Assembly: GCA_049519355.1 (NCBI GenBank)
Contig: JBEKQV010000002.1
Span: 131,479 to 195,478, forward strand
From: Candidatus Microgenomates bacterium
GTDB taxonomy: Bacteria; Patescibacteriota; Microgenomatia; UBA8517
Direction: 5' to 3'
DNA length: 64,000 nucleotides
A program made the position numbers and the translations under genes. Below, in pieces: positions 19,402 to 29,024 of this stretch. Numbering within the stretch: the first letter of the stretch is position 1; each line of letters begins with the position of its first letter. The notes under the pieces are model-generated. The model had not been told where the DNA came from. It did not search any database and saw only the letters and a program-made list of their open reading frames with translations.

Positions 19402-20659
19402 TGTTATCTTTTTCAGCAGTTATTTCGGCTCCAAGGGATTTCAATCTCTCGTCAATTCTTTCATAACCCCGCGCAACCACTTCGACATTTTCAATTTCAC
19501 TTCTACCAGATGCCGCCAACGCGGCCAAAATTACGGATACCCCAGCCCTAATATCTTTGCAAAAAAGTCTGTCACTCAAAAGCGGAGTCGGACCGCTTAC
19601 AATAACCCTATGAGGATCGGCAATAAAAATTTTAGCCCCCATTGAAATCAGATCATCAACAAAAAACATTCTCCACTCATACATCCAGTCATGACAAAGG
19701 ACAGTTCCTTGAGTTTGTGTTGCCAAAACAATGAAAGGACTCATAAGATCCGTCGGAAACCCCGGCCAAGGTCTTGTTTGAAATTTTGTTCTTGATGCAA
19801 CGAGTTTAGATGGTAAAACAGTCAAAGTATTTTTGGAGGATTTAAAATTTACTCCCATATAAGAAAGATAATTTAAGATCATTGGACAATCCTCCACCTG
19901 AAAATCCTCAATCTCAACTTCACCTCCGGTTATGGCAGCCGCAATTGCAAAAGTTCCGCCTTCAATATGATCCGGGCAAACTTTATACTCCGCTCCATTT
20001 AGTTTGCCGCCAGTAATGGAAAGAACGTTTGACCCGATTCCTCCGATTTTTGCACCCATTTTAACCAAAAAGTTTGCCAGGTTCGCTACATGCGGCTCTG
20101 TAGCGGCGTCATCGATCTTGATATTTGCGCGCATTGATGATGCCATCATAAGCCCCATTTCGGTTGCTGTTACAGAAGGTTCGTCAAGAAAAATATCAGT
20201 AGGATTTCGTTTTTTCCAGTTAAGAAAATACCTTCCATCCTCACGTCGAATTTTAACACCCATTTTTTGCATCATGGCAAAATGTGTTTCCAAAAGTCTT
20301 TCTCCTATCTGATCACCGCCTGGAGGAGTAACTATTGCTTGGTTAAACCGGACGAGGAGAGGCGCCGCCAAAACTACAGATGCTCTAAATTTACTCGAAA
20401 GATCCGGGTCCAAATCATATGAAGTCAGTCCTGAAGGGTCAACTGTAACTGTATGATCCTCTCGTTTAACCTTAGCTCCCAACCTCGTTATGAGGTCCAG
20501 CATAACGGTAATATCGGAAATATCGGGAACATTGGTAATAACAGAGGGTGTATCGGCCAGCAGTGCAGCAGGAATCAGCTTCAAGGCAGCATTTTTATTG
20601 CCCGAAAGTTTGATTTTACCGCTAAGCTTCTTGCCACCCGTAACTATAAACTTAGACAT
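19391..20659 (-). CDS. murA: MurA enolpyruvyl transferase (Asp at the catalytic Cys position)
   Basis: SGNKNAAL, RASV, PGGDQIG, SVTATE, PDHIE, WPGFPTD, DIRAG, RGYE. Confidence 0.96.
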   Translation of the reverse strand: MSKFIVTGGKKLSGKIKLSGNKNAALKLIPAALLADTPSVITNVPDISDITVMLDLITRLGAKVKREDHTVTVDPSGLTSYDLDPDLSSKFRASVVLAAPLLVRFNQAIVTPPGGDQIGERLLETHFAMMQKMGVKIRREDGRYFLNWKKRNPTDIFLDEPSVTATEMGLMMASSMRANIKIDDAATEPHVANLANFLVKMGAKIGGIGSNVLSITGGKLNGAEYKVCPDHIEGGTFAIAAAITGGEVEIEDFQVEDCPMILNYLSYMGVNFKSSKNTLTVLPSKLVASRTKFQTRPWPGFPTDLMSPFIVLATQTQGTVLCHDWMYEWRMFFVDDLISMGAKIFIADPHRVIVSGPTPLLSDRLFCKDIRAGVSVILAALAASGRSEIENVEVVARGYERIDERLKSLGAEITAEKDNNGK

Positions 20660-20678
20660 AAGCTTAATGTGTATTGTA

Positions 20679-22388
20679 TCACTGACTCGGTTGTATGCCC
20701 AAATACGGAAAAAGATCTTTTGCTATAGCGTACCACAAAGGAGCAGCCGTTTCGGCGGCCCAGGGAGAGGAGGTAGGAGATTCAAGTGTTACAAGCATTA
20801 CGAATTTTGGTTTATCAGCCGGGGCGAACCCAATAAAAGAGTGGTTTGTGTTTACCGGGTCGTAATGTCCGGCTACCGGAATTTGTGCTGTCCCGGTTTT
20901 CCCAGCAACGTTAAAACCGGGGATCCTTGTCCATTTTGCCTCTCCAAGGTTCGCGGCATCCACCATCATCTGTGTAATCTCCTGAGCAGCCTGAGTACTT
21001 ATAATCCTGATGGGCGGGTCGGATTTAACTTGTTGTTCCCAACCATCCCCTTGAATTGAATCAACAACTTTCGGAGTAACTAAATATCCACCGTTTGCAA
21101 TCGCCGAAACGGCTCTAACCATTTCGATTCCGGTTACTGCTACACCTTGACCAAAACTTGCGGTCGCCAAATCCACATTATTCCAGGTTCCCTTTTCTCT
21201 AAGTTTGGGGGCAGATTCTCCCTGAAGATCAATACCGGTCAAACTCCCAATCCCGAACTTTTGGAGGTAATCATATAGCCTATCCGCACCTAATTTTTGA
21301 CCGACAAATGACATTCCAACATTGTCTGAATTCACAATAACCTGATCCATTGTGCTTCCGGGGTGATAAACATCATTCCATGTTCTTATTGAATAGCCGT
21401 CAACTTCCAGTGGACCGTTGCAAATGTCACACTGTGTATCTGGAGTGACAACACCCGCATCTAAGGCGGACGCCATGACTAAAACCTTAAATATAGAACC
21501 AGGCTCGAAAGAATCCGAAATTACGGGATTTTTAAACAGAGAGTTATTGTACTGTGAATAGTTTGAAGGGTCATATGAAGGTAAACTGGCCATTGCTAAG
21601 ATATTTCCGTTCGTCGGATCCATAATGGCAACACTGCCCCCTTTTGCGCCGTATTTTTGAATACCATTTGTCAGTTCATTTTCAGCTACTAGTTGAATTC
21701 TCTTGTCTAGACTCGTCTGAAGATTAACGCCGGGAATTGCCGAAACCTGAGTCGTTCCTCCGGTCAAAATTGGCGACCCCAATGCATCCTTTTCACCCCC
21801 AACAAAACCGGGTTTGCCGCTCAGGGGAAGATCATAATATCCTTCCAAACCAAAATAGCCAACATCCGAACCGTCCGAATTTTTTCCGACAAATCCCAGT
21901 AATTGAGCTGCAGCTGAAGCTTCCGGGTAATAAGATGCTTCCTGACTGTCAAAACCAATGCCGGGAATTTTTAAGGCTTCAATATTTCTTTTCGTACCGT
22001 CATCCACCTTTGATTCAAGAGCAACCCAGCTTGTGTTCTTGGATAAAAGTCCTTGCAACTTGCTTTCCTCATCTTGCAGAGCAGACTCCCCCTGTGACAC
22101 ATCGACAAAAAATGGCGCAAGTGTAGAAGCAATTTCAAAAGGTGAACTAATTAATTGGTGTGGGTTAGCAAAAACCTGCCAGGCCGGGGTTCTGGCAACC
22201 CAAAAACTGCCGTCAGATGCCAGAATATTTCCTCTCGGCGCCGATGTTACTGTGGATGAAGCATACTGACTCCTAGCCTGATCAGATAACTGACCTGCCT
22301 TAATTACCTGCCAGTAAAAAAGTTTAACAACAAGCGCCAAAAAAAGCCCAAGAAACAGGATTGAGAGTATGCGTATTTTTATAAGCAT
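20679..22388 (-). CDS. ftsI: Class B penicillin-binding protein (FtsI/PBP2 family)
   Basis: TM helix, APRGNI, YYPE, GLEG, EPGSIFK (SxxK), SDN (SxN), KTGTAQ. Confidence 0.95.
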   Translation of the reverse strand: MLIKIRILSILFLGLFLALVVKLFYWQVIKAGQLSDQARSQYASSTVTSAPRGNILASDGSFWVARTPAWQVFANPHQLISSPFEIASTLAPFFVDVSQGESALQDEESKLQGLLSKNTSWVALESKVDDGTKRNIEALKIPGIGFDSQEASYYPEASAAAQLLGFVGKNSDGSDVGYFGLEGYYDLPLSGKPGFVGGEKDALGSPILTGGTTQVSAIPGVNLQTSLDKRIQLVAENELTNGIQKYGAKGGSVAIMDPTNGNILAMASLPSYDPSNYSQYNNSLFKNPVISDSFEPGSIFKVLVMASALDAGVVTPDTQCDICNGPLEVDGYSIRTWNDVYHPGSTMDQVIVNSDNVGMSFVGQKLGADRLYDYLQKFGIGSLTGIDLQGESAPKLREKGTWNNVDLATASFGQGVAVTGIEMVRAVSAIANGGYLVTPKVVDSIQGDGWEQQVKSDPPIRIISTQAAQEITQMMVDAANLGEAKWTRIPGFNVAGKTGTAQIPVAGHYDPVNTNHSFIGFAPADKPKFVMLVTLESPTSSPWAAETAAPLWYAIAKDLFPYLGIQPSQ

Positions 22389-22397
22389 AATTTCTCA

Positions 22398-22700
22398 TCA
22401 AGGAAGCTGTGCAACCGGTTGGGACGGTGTAACATAGACCAATGTGGTGGGTTTGATATAACCCATCTCGACGCTTTTTTGCTCAAGGTCACTTATTGAA
22501 AGAGATTTAACAAGTGTATCTTCCAGGTCTCTATTCTGCTCCGAAAGTTGATCTTCTTTATCACGTAAATTAGAAACCTCCACCCCGGAAGTTGCAGTCT
22601 CAACGGTCATAAAGACAGACGAAATTGCCAAAATACCACAAACACCAATTAAAATGTACTTCTTTAGATTGATAGTTTTTCTACTTTCGATTTTTCTCAT
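22398..22700 (-). CDS. ftsL: FtsL-like cell division protein
   Basis: 100 aa, TM helix followed by a leucine-zipper coiled coil; between rsmH and ftsI. Confidence 0.7.
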   Translation of the reverse strand: MRKIESRKTINLKKYILIGVCGILAISSVFMTVETATSGVEVSNLRDKEDQLSEQNRDLEDTLVKSLSISDLEQKSVEMGYIKPTTLVYVTPSQPVAQLP

Positions 22701-22710
22701 ATCTATGTAT

Positions 22711-23592
22711 TTATTTTTGTAAAATCCTCATCTTTGCGCTCCTCGCTCGTCTATTTTCAATTAATTCGGCTTCCCCCGCCAGAATTGGTTTGAATGTGAT
22801 TAATTTAGACCCTTCTTTCGTTTTTTCCTTGAAAAAATCCTTAACGATCACATCTTCTTTGGAATGAAAACTAATTACTACCAGTCTTCCGCCCTTCTCG
22901 AGCAATCCAAAAGCTTTTGGCAAAACTTCCGCCAAGTTTGTTAGCTCACTGTTAACCGCAATCCTCAGCGCCAAAAAAGGTAATGTTGCTTCCCTCAGGC
23001 CATTCCTACCTGCCCGTAGTCCTTCCGATATTTCAAGCATGTCACTTACGGTACTTATCGATTTAATGGCTCTAGAATGAACAACCCTTCCGCTTATCCA
23101 CTTGGCCGCACCTGGATCAAGTGTTACTTCAAAAAGGCTCCTAAGCTGGTCCTCTCTCAAAACATTAAGTAAATCCGACGCTTTTACTCCCTGGGTTTTG
23201 GGAGAAATCCGCATATCCAGTAGTGCTTCAGGGTTTTCAAATGAAAATCCCCGTTCCAAATCCTTAAGATGAATATTAGTTACGCCTAAGTCAAAAAGGA
23301 TACCCGAAACAGGCATCCAGCCATTTTCTTCAGCAATCTTATCGATTTGAGTAAAGTTACTGTTTACAAGTTTGAGATCTGATTTCCATTCCTCACCAAG
23401 ACGCTTTTTAGCTATTGCCAGCATTTGCGGATCCAAATCAATTCCCAGAACCCTTCCGCCTGCTTTTAATATTTCCAATGTGTGTCCTCCGTTTCCGACT
23501 GTTGAATCTATATATTTACGGGCTTTTTCAATGTGCAATGCTTCAACTACCTCGTTAACCAATACCGATTCATGCAAATTGTCACTTTTCAT
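22711..23592 (-). CDS. rsmH: 16S rRNA C1402 N4-methyltransferase RsmH
   Basis: HESVL, DSTVGNGGH, FDLGV, RGFSF, LDMR, ALRIAVN, ISFHSKED, NRRARSAKMR. Confidence 0.97.
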   Translation of the reverse strand: MKSDNLHESVLVNEVVEALHIEKARKYIDSTVGNGGHTLEILKAGGRVLGIDLDPQMLAIAKKRLGEEWKSDLKLVNSNFTQIDKIAEENGWMPVSGILFDLGVTNIHLKDLERGFSFENPEALLDMRISPKTQGVKASDLLNVLREDQLRSLFEVTLDPGAAKWISGRVVHSRAIKSISTVSDMLEISEGLRAGRNGLREATLPFLALRIAVNSELTNLAEVLPKAFGLLEKGGRLVVISFHSKEDVIVKDFFKEKTKEGSKLITFKPILAGEAELIENRRARSAKMRILQK

Positions 23593-24016
23593 TCTTACTA
23601 AGTTCTTCTATGAATTCTTTGGTTGTCTTGGCCAAACCAATTGACTTTTCATCCCAAGCGATCCTAGACCAGATTTCTACCCTATCAATTAGTCCTACAA
23701 AAATCACATCCCTCCCAAGGGCAGCATAAGATGATAAAATCTCCGGAATGACAATTCTGCCTTGTTCGTCGGGCTCCGTTTCGAACGCACTTCCCAAGAT
23801 AAATCTTTCAATATCCCGAACCCCCAGGCTAACAGTTTCTTTCCCACCGGTAAGCCTTTTTAAAAGCAATTCCCAAAAATCAGCGCTAACCAAAATCAAA
23901 CAATCCTCATACCATTTGGCCAAAACCGGGTTTGTTCCAAGATCTTTTAAAAATTTTTTAGGTACTGCGACGCGTCTTGCATCGCTTAAGTTGCCCAAAT
24001 ATGATCCAATTAACAT
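23582..24016 (-). CDS. mraZ: Transcriptional regulator MraZ
   Basis: Two AbrB-like repeats (SDARRVAVP, DEQGRIVIP), DRVEIW; first gene of the dcw cluster. Confidence 0.95.
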   Translation of the reverse strand: MLIGSYLGNLSDARRVAVPKKFLKDLGTNPVLAKWYEDCLILVSADFWELLLKRLTGGKETVSLGVRDIERFILGSAFETEPDEQGRIVIPEILSSYAALGRDVIFVGLIDRVEIWSRIAWDEKSIGLAKTTKEFIEELSKNEK

Positions 24017-24037
24017 ATGAAGTTCTTGGGCAGGAAC

Positions 24038-24100
24038 TCCACCAAATCACCATCTTTTACCACTAGACACCATTTTTATATATTTTCACAGAGATGTCAA
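24038..24100 (-). promoter_or_regulatory. dcw promoter with MraZ-binding direct repeats
   Basis: TGGTR boxes at exact 10-bp period (24068-72, 24058-62, 24048-52) plus TGGTGG near 24039-44; TTGACA at 24100-24095; the -10 is imperfect. Confidence 0.7.
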
Positions 24101-24141
24101 GAGTCTCTTCACGATTTTCACAAGAATCTTAATTTGAAGAA

Positions 24142-24810
24142 TTATTGTCCCAGTTTACCGGGATGAGGTTTTCCGTCCGAAGCAAAAACTCCGTAGCCAT
24201 TCTGCCAGACAACATATGCCGAAGGATCAGGCTGGACAAAAGTCGACATTGTTACAAAATAGACATTCTTCGGCACTACATTTAAGCTATAAGTAAATTT
24301 GCCGTCAACCGAAGTTAAAGTTGCAGTACCTGACTGTAAATGAAAATCTGCAGAAAGTTTTCCTACAGATTTACCGTTTGCGTCTCTGAACGTAATAGTC
24401 ATACTTCCGGTTTCTACACCATCGTCATACCTGTACTTGCCCGACGATTCCGAACCCAAAAGAAGCTGCTTATCGATATCTGTACCGGTTAGCTTGACTG
24501 TCCCCGGAACACCCTGCTGACCGCCATCAGTCGTATTGTAAATCATGAGATAATCCATTGAAGCGGCCTGTGGAACATTAATTTTTTGGACCTTAAAGTC
24601 AAGCCAGTGCCCAAGCGAGCCATTGACTTGAGGGTTGCTGGTAGGAATTAAGGTCATAATAGGCCATTCCGATTGAGGAAGCTCAGGAACGTTTTCTACT
24701 TGTGTACCGCTTGGAGAAGAACTACCTCCTCCCAGTGTCTTCAACGCCAAAACAATTACTATAATTATAACAACTACTATTGCGACACCAATAATAAGAA
24801 GCTTTTTCAT
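24142..24810 (-). CDS. Hypothetical membrane-anchored, beta-rich extracellular protein
   Basis: Long hydrophobic N-terminal helix, GGGSSSPSGT linker; TAATG coupling to glyS. Confidence 0.75.
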   Translation of the reverse strand: MKKLLIIGVAIVVVIIIVIVLALKTLGGGSSSPSGTQVENVPELPQSEWPIMTLIPTSNPQVNGSLGHWLDFKVQKINVPQAASMDYLMIYNTTDGGQQGVPGTVKLTGTDIDKQLLLGSESSGKYRYDDGVETGSMTITFRDANGKSVGKLSADFHLQSGTATLTSVDGKFTYSLNVVPKNVYFVTMSTFVQPDPSAYVVWQNGYGVFASDGKPHPGKLGQ

Positions 24811-26090
24811 TACATTAATTTATTTTCAAAGTATTCCGAGAGTTTGTCAAGACTTACCCTCTCCTGCTTGGCAGTGTCACGGTCGCGTACGGTGACCGTT
24901 GCATCATCAAGTGACTGGAAATCAACTGTTACACACCAGGGGGTACCAATTTCATCCTGAGCGAAGTAGCGCTTGCCTATGTTTCCCCTGTCATCCCAAG
25001 CAACGACAAGATCTTTCTTAAGACTGCCATAAATTTCTTTAGCTTTTTCTACTAATTCAGGCTTATTTTTAAGGAGTGGAAACACAGCCACTTTATAGGG
25101 AGATAGTTTGGGGTTAAGTTTAAGAATCACTCTTTCTCCTTCTTCTGCATAAGCGTCAATAAGGAAAAAAAGTAGCGCCCTGTCAACGCCACCCGAAGTC
25201 TCGATAACCCAAGGTGTAAATTCTTCTCCCGTAATTTCATCCTTATATGTTAAACCGTGGTTTTTCAAATCAAAGTCTCCCCTATGGTGAATGCCTTCAA
25301 ACTCGCTCCAGCCGAAAGGTGCATTATATTCAATATCGGTAGCATACCGCGCATAGTGTGCTCTTTTTTCCGGCTCATGATCACGGAATCTTAATTTTTC
25401 CTCTGCTATTCCCAAATCGGTGTACCATTTCTTTCTTGTTTCTTTCCAAAATTCGAAAGTCTTTTTGCTTTCCGCTTCATCGGGCTTAACAAAATATTCC
25501 AATTCCATTTGATCAAACTCGAGATCACGAAAAGTAAAATTTCCCGGTGTAATTTCGTTTCTGAAAGCTTTTCCGATCTGTGCAATCCCGAATGGAATTT
25601 TAATCCGAGTGGAATCAACAACATTTTTAAAATTCACAAAAACCCCTTGAGTAATTTCTCCGCGAAGATACGCTTTCTCTTTTGGTTCTGTAACCCCAAG
25701 AAAAACCTCAGTTAGCGTGTTAAATTGTTTGGCTTCAGTCCAATTTCCTTTCCCATTATGTTCCTTTTCGTGATTTTTGATAGCAGTTTCATCATCTGCT
25801 CTAAATCTTTTATGACAAATTTTACATTCAACCATCGGGTCGGTGAAGGCTTTAAGATGTCCGGATTTTTCCCAGACAATAGGATTCATTATTATTGCAG
25901 CATCAATGCCTACCACGTCTTCACGGGAGTAAACCATATATTTCCACCACTCTTTCTTTATATTATTTTTTAACTCAACCCCCAAGGGCCCATAATCCCA
26001 AAAGCCCTGATAGCCTCCATAAATTTCACTGCCCTGGAAAATAAAGCCACGGCGCTTCGCCAGTGAAGAAACCTTTTCCATTAAGTCCAT
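24810..26090 (-). CDS. glyQS: Glycyl-tRNA synthetase, homodimeric (alpha2) type
   Basis: KRRGFIF, WDYGPLGVELKNNIK, GIAQIGKAFRNEITP, IETSGGVDR, IGKRYFAQDEIGTP. Confidence 0.96.
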   Translation of the reverse strand: MDLMEKVSSLAKRRGFIFQGSEIYGGYQGFWDYGPLGVELKNNIKKEWWKYMVYSREDVVGIDAAIIMNPIVWEKSGHLKAFTDPMVECKICHKRFRADDETAIKNHEKEHNGKGNWTEAKQFNTLTEVFLGVTEPKEKAYLRGEITQGVFVNFKNVVDSTRIKIPFGIAQIGKAFRNEITPGNFTFRDLEFDQMELEYFVKPDEAESKKTFEFWKETRKKWYTDLGIAEEKLRFRDHEPEKRAHYARYATDIEYNAPFGWSEFEGIHHRGDFDLKNHGLTYKDEITGEEFTPWVIETSGGVDRALLFFLIDAYAEEGERVILKLNPKLSPYKVAVFPLLKNKPELVEKAKEIYGSLKKDLVVAWDDRGNIGKRYFAQDEIGTPWCVTVDFQSLDDATVTVRDRDTAKQERVSLDKLSEYFENKLM

Positions 26091-26109
26091 ATATCAAGAA
26101 TTGTACTAT

Positions 26110-26583
26110 TTACCGATTCAAAATCCAAACGGAGAAATTCAGAATTGTGGCAAAGCTGACCCATACCGCATACGGATAAAGAAGATAAGCCGCATTCTTG
26201 TCAATTTTGGCAAAAAGGGTAATTGTTTTTATTATGAAGAAAAGCATCAAAATGATAATAATAAGAGCCAAAAAAATATTCTTATATCCAAAGAAAACCG
26301 GAGTCCAGACAGCATTCAAAAAAAGCTGGACACAAAAGGTATAAACCGCTTCCCGGGACTTTTTAGTCTTCACCCCCTTCTTCCAAACCAAATAAAGGCT
26401 TATCCCCATTAAAATATAAAGAATTGTCCAAACCGGGGCAAAAAGATAATTTGGCGGACTAAAAGAAGGTTTGACTAATGCGGCATACCAAGCCGAAATT
26501 GCGGAAACCGTAAAAATAGTGCCAATTCCACCCGCAAATAAACAAATCCCGACGGAAACAATTAATTTTACAAATTTGTTCAT
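26110..26583 (-). CDS. tspO: TspO/MBR family tryptophan-rich membrane protein
   Basis: WYAALVKPSFSPP, FAPVWTILY, QLFLNAVWTPVFFG, PYAVWVSFATILN. Confidence 0.93.
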   Translation of the reverse strand: MNKFVKLIVSVGICLFAGGIGTIFTVSAISAWYAALVKPSFSPPNYLFAPVWTILYILMGISLYLVWKKGVKTKKSREAVYTFCVQLFLNAVWTPVFFGYKNIFLALIIIILMLFFIIKTITLFAKIDKNAAYLLYPYAVWVSFATILNFSVWILNR

Positions 26584-26620
26584 AACTTCATGTTATTCCT
26601 AATGTATAATGAACTTCAAG

Positions 26621-27643
26621 ATGAAAAAAATTCTAATGGGCTTACTTTTTGTTATAGTTTTTGTCTTGGGATTTTCGGTAACTTATCTAACTCTCACTTT
26701 CTCAAAAGTTTTTGTAAAAAAACCAACGGCCTCATCTTCTCCGACACCAATTCCATTTTCTCAAGCAACTCCGGCCCCTCTCACAAACCCTAAGGGGGTT
26801 TTTAATCTACTTTTTTTGGGTTATGGTGGGGCAGGACACGACGGTTCACTTTTGACGGACAGCATGATAATCGTCCATGTTGATACAAACACAAATAAAG
26901 CCGCTTTTATTTCGGTTCCGAGAGATCTTTGGATCCCCGGAAACCGTAAAATAAATACCGAGGGTTCAATTAATGGTTTTCAGAATGTCGGGCCAACAAT
27001 TCAGAGTATAACCGGTCAACATATTGATTATTTTGTATCTGTGGATTTTGGAGGTTTCACCCAAATTATTGATGACCTTGGAGGAATTACTGTTCAGGTT
27101 CCCAAAACTTTTGATGATCCATATTATCCGATTACGGGGCAGGAAAATAACATATGCGGATTAACCGAAGATCAAATAAACGCACTTAAAGTAAAATATT
27201 CCGGAACGGCTCTTGAAGAACAATTTCCTTGCAGATTCGAGCATTTGCATTTTGATAAAGGTACTGCAAGTCTCGACGGGGCTACGGCATTAAAATTTGT
27301 CCGCTCGCGTCACGGGGACAGCGACTTTGGACGAAGCCTTAGGCAATTTGCAGTCCTTGTCGGAATCGAAAATAAACTGATTTCGCTTAAATCGTTAGGG
27401 AAACTTGATGATACGATCAACACGCTCTCCAACATTGTCAGAACTGATCTAAACGCCGGAACAATCAAATCTCTTCTCAATGTTTTTGGGGACCCGGGTA
27501 AATATACGATTACACAAATTCAATTAACAACAGACAATGTTTTAAATGAAACTACCAGTGCTGACGGACAGGATATTTTGGTTCCAAAAGCCGGAAACTT
27601 CAATTTTTCAGGCATAAAAAGTTATATTAGTAGTAATATTTAA
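26621..27643 (+). CDS. LCP (LytR-CpsA-Psr) glycopolymer transferase family
   Basis: TM helix, S/T/P linker, LTDS, SVPRDL, KIN, VDFGGF, ALKFVRSRH, SDFGRSLRQ; ATG 26621 follows TATAAT at 26605-10. Confidence 0.92.
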   Translation: MKKILMGLLFVIVFVLGFSVTYLTLTFSKVFVKKPTASSSPTPIPFSQATPAPLTNPKGVFNLLFLGYGGAGHDGSLLTDSMIIVHVDTNTNKAAFISVPRDLWIPGNRKINTEGSINGFQNVGPTIQSITGQHIDYFVSVDFGGFTQIIDDLGGITVQVPKTFDDPYYPITGQENNICGLTEDQINALKVKYSGTALEEQFPCRFEHLHFDKGTASLDGATALKFVRSRHGDSDFGRSLRQFAVLVGIENKLISLKSLGKLDDTINTLSNIVRTDLNAGTIKSLLNVFGDPGKYTITQIQLTTDNVLNETTSADGQDILVPKAGNFNFSGIKSYISSNI

Positions 27644-27645
27644 TT

Positions 27646-28170
27646 ATGGAAACATTAACTCTCGCAGGCGGATGTTTTTGGTGTACGGAGGCAATTTTCT
27701 CGCAAATTAAAGGCGTTGAAAAAGTTACACCCGGCTATTCCGGCGGCACAAAAGAAAATCCAACTTATGAAGAAGTCTCAACCGGAGAGACCGGTCACGC
27801 AGAAAGTATCCAAATTGTCTTTGATCCAAAGATAATTAAATTGGACCAACTGCTTTATATTTTTTTCAAACTCCACGATCCAACAACACTAGACCGCCAA
27901 GGTGCCGATATCGGCACACAATACCGCTCGGCAATATTTTTTAACGGTGCGGAACAAAAGGCCGCAGCAGAAAAAGCAATAAAGGAAGCACAAAAAGATC
28001 ACAAAGATCCTATTGTTACCGAAGTAGTCCCTTACAAAAATTTCTTTCCGGCGGATCCATCTCACAAAGATTATTATTTTAAACACAGACTTTCCCCATA
28101 TTGCATACTCGTAATAGATCCGAAAATCCAAAAACTAAAGAAAGAATTCAAAAGTTATCTTAAGAATTAA
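27646..28170 (+). CDS. msrA: Peptide methionine sulfoxide reductase A
   Basis: GGCFWCTE, PTYEEV, TGHAE, HDPT, QYRSAIF. Confidence 0.97.
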   Translation: METLTLAGGCFWCTEAIFSQIKGVEKVTPGYSGGTKENPTYEEVSTGETGHAESIQIVFDPKIIKLDQLLYIFFKLHDPTTLDRQGADIGTQYRSAIFFNGAEQKAAAEKAIKEAQKDHKDPIVTEVVPYKNFFPADPSHKDYYFKHRLSPYCILVIDPKIQKLKKEFKSYLKN

Positions 28171-29003
28171 TCGGGAAGAATATACATGTCCTGTCGGGTC
28201 TCGCTTACTCCAACTTTTTCCGCCTCACCTTTCAAAATTTTTTCGTAAGGCCAGCAAGCATAACAACCACCTTTGGGACATTTAAAATGATTAATTTGTC
28301 TTGCAAGTTTTATCCGCCTGGCTATTGTGTAGACTTTTTCAAAAGACTCTTCAATATCCGGCAATTTCTTTTCTGTAAGACCGTCATCCCTATCCAAGTA
28401 CCAATATGATGCGCCCGAAACTTTTTTACTTTGAGTATTGGTAGCTAGAAGCAAATAGATCGGAAGCTGAAGTGAATCTTCCTTTTCTTCGTTTTTTCCT
28501 GTCTTAAAATCAATTATATGGACTGAATCATTTTCCTCGTCATATTCCAACCAATCGATCTTTCCGCAAAGAATAATGCTGTCTTCCGCCGATAACCAGT
28601 AATTAGGAAGGTTTATGCTGGATTTGATTTTTATTGCTTTATGCAAAATCGGACCTGGATCCTCCTGCAAATTAATAAGCATTTGTTCGGCTCGGTCTCT
28701 GTAAACCATTTCTTCCGAATGTGTTTTAAATCCTCCCCTTTTCCCCATAATCTTTAGCCAAACGGGGTCCAATTTTTTAACAAGTGAGATTTTTAATCTT
28801 TCGTCTACCGGAAGAACCGCCAAAGATTCGATTACTTCATGAACCGCTTGTCCAAGCGCCAGAGGCGGTGACATTATCGTCATCTTATGTCCCGTCAGAG
28901 GATCTTTATAAACATTTCGCAAATAATATGATCTGGGGCATTTCAAAAAATCCGAAATTGAGGAGTGTGAAACCCATGTAGCCGAATATTTGTCGGGAGC
29001 CAT
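28167..29003 (-). CDS. Stand-alone PD-(D/E)XK nuclease (RecB/AddB/Cas4-like), probable Fe-S staple
   Basis: SHSSISDFLKCPRSYY, GQAVHEVIE, GKID, IIDFKTG, QLPIY, CPKGGCYAC. Confidence 0.88.
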   Translation of the reverse strand: MAPDKYSATWVSHSSISDFLKCPRSYYLRNVYKDPLTGHKMTIMSPPLALGQAVHEVIESLAVLPVDERLKISLVKKLDPVWLKIMGKRGGFKTHSEEMVYRDRAEQMLINLQEDPGPILHKAIKIKSSINLPNYWLSAEDSIILCGKIDWLEYDEENDSVHIIDFKTGKNEEKEDSLQLPIYLLLATNTQSKKVSGASYWYLDRDDGLTEKKLPDIEESFEKVYTIARRIKLARQINHFKCPKGGCYACWPYEKILKGEAEKVGVSETRQDMYILPD

Positions 29004-29024
29004 AACAAATTATACCAACAATAA

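Noticed and set aside
1582-23644. Many plus-strand ORFs of 60-233 aa across dcw (e.g. 1865-2566, 2773-3378, 16767-17228, 20490-21059)
   Set aside because: Wholly antisense to well-supported genes, with Ser/Pro/Ile-rich shadow composition and no motifs
24082-24122. ATTTTCACA direct repeat and AAGAG-T-CTCTT palindrome near the mraZ -35
   Set aside because: Short and AT-rich; compatible with chance, and no stable terminator
28167-29003. Cas4-like gene as evidence of a CRISPR system
   Set aside because: No repeat-spacer array and no cas1/cas2 or effector genes in the window
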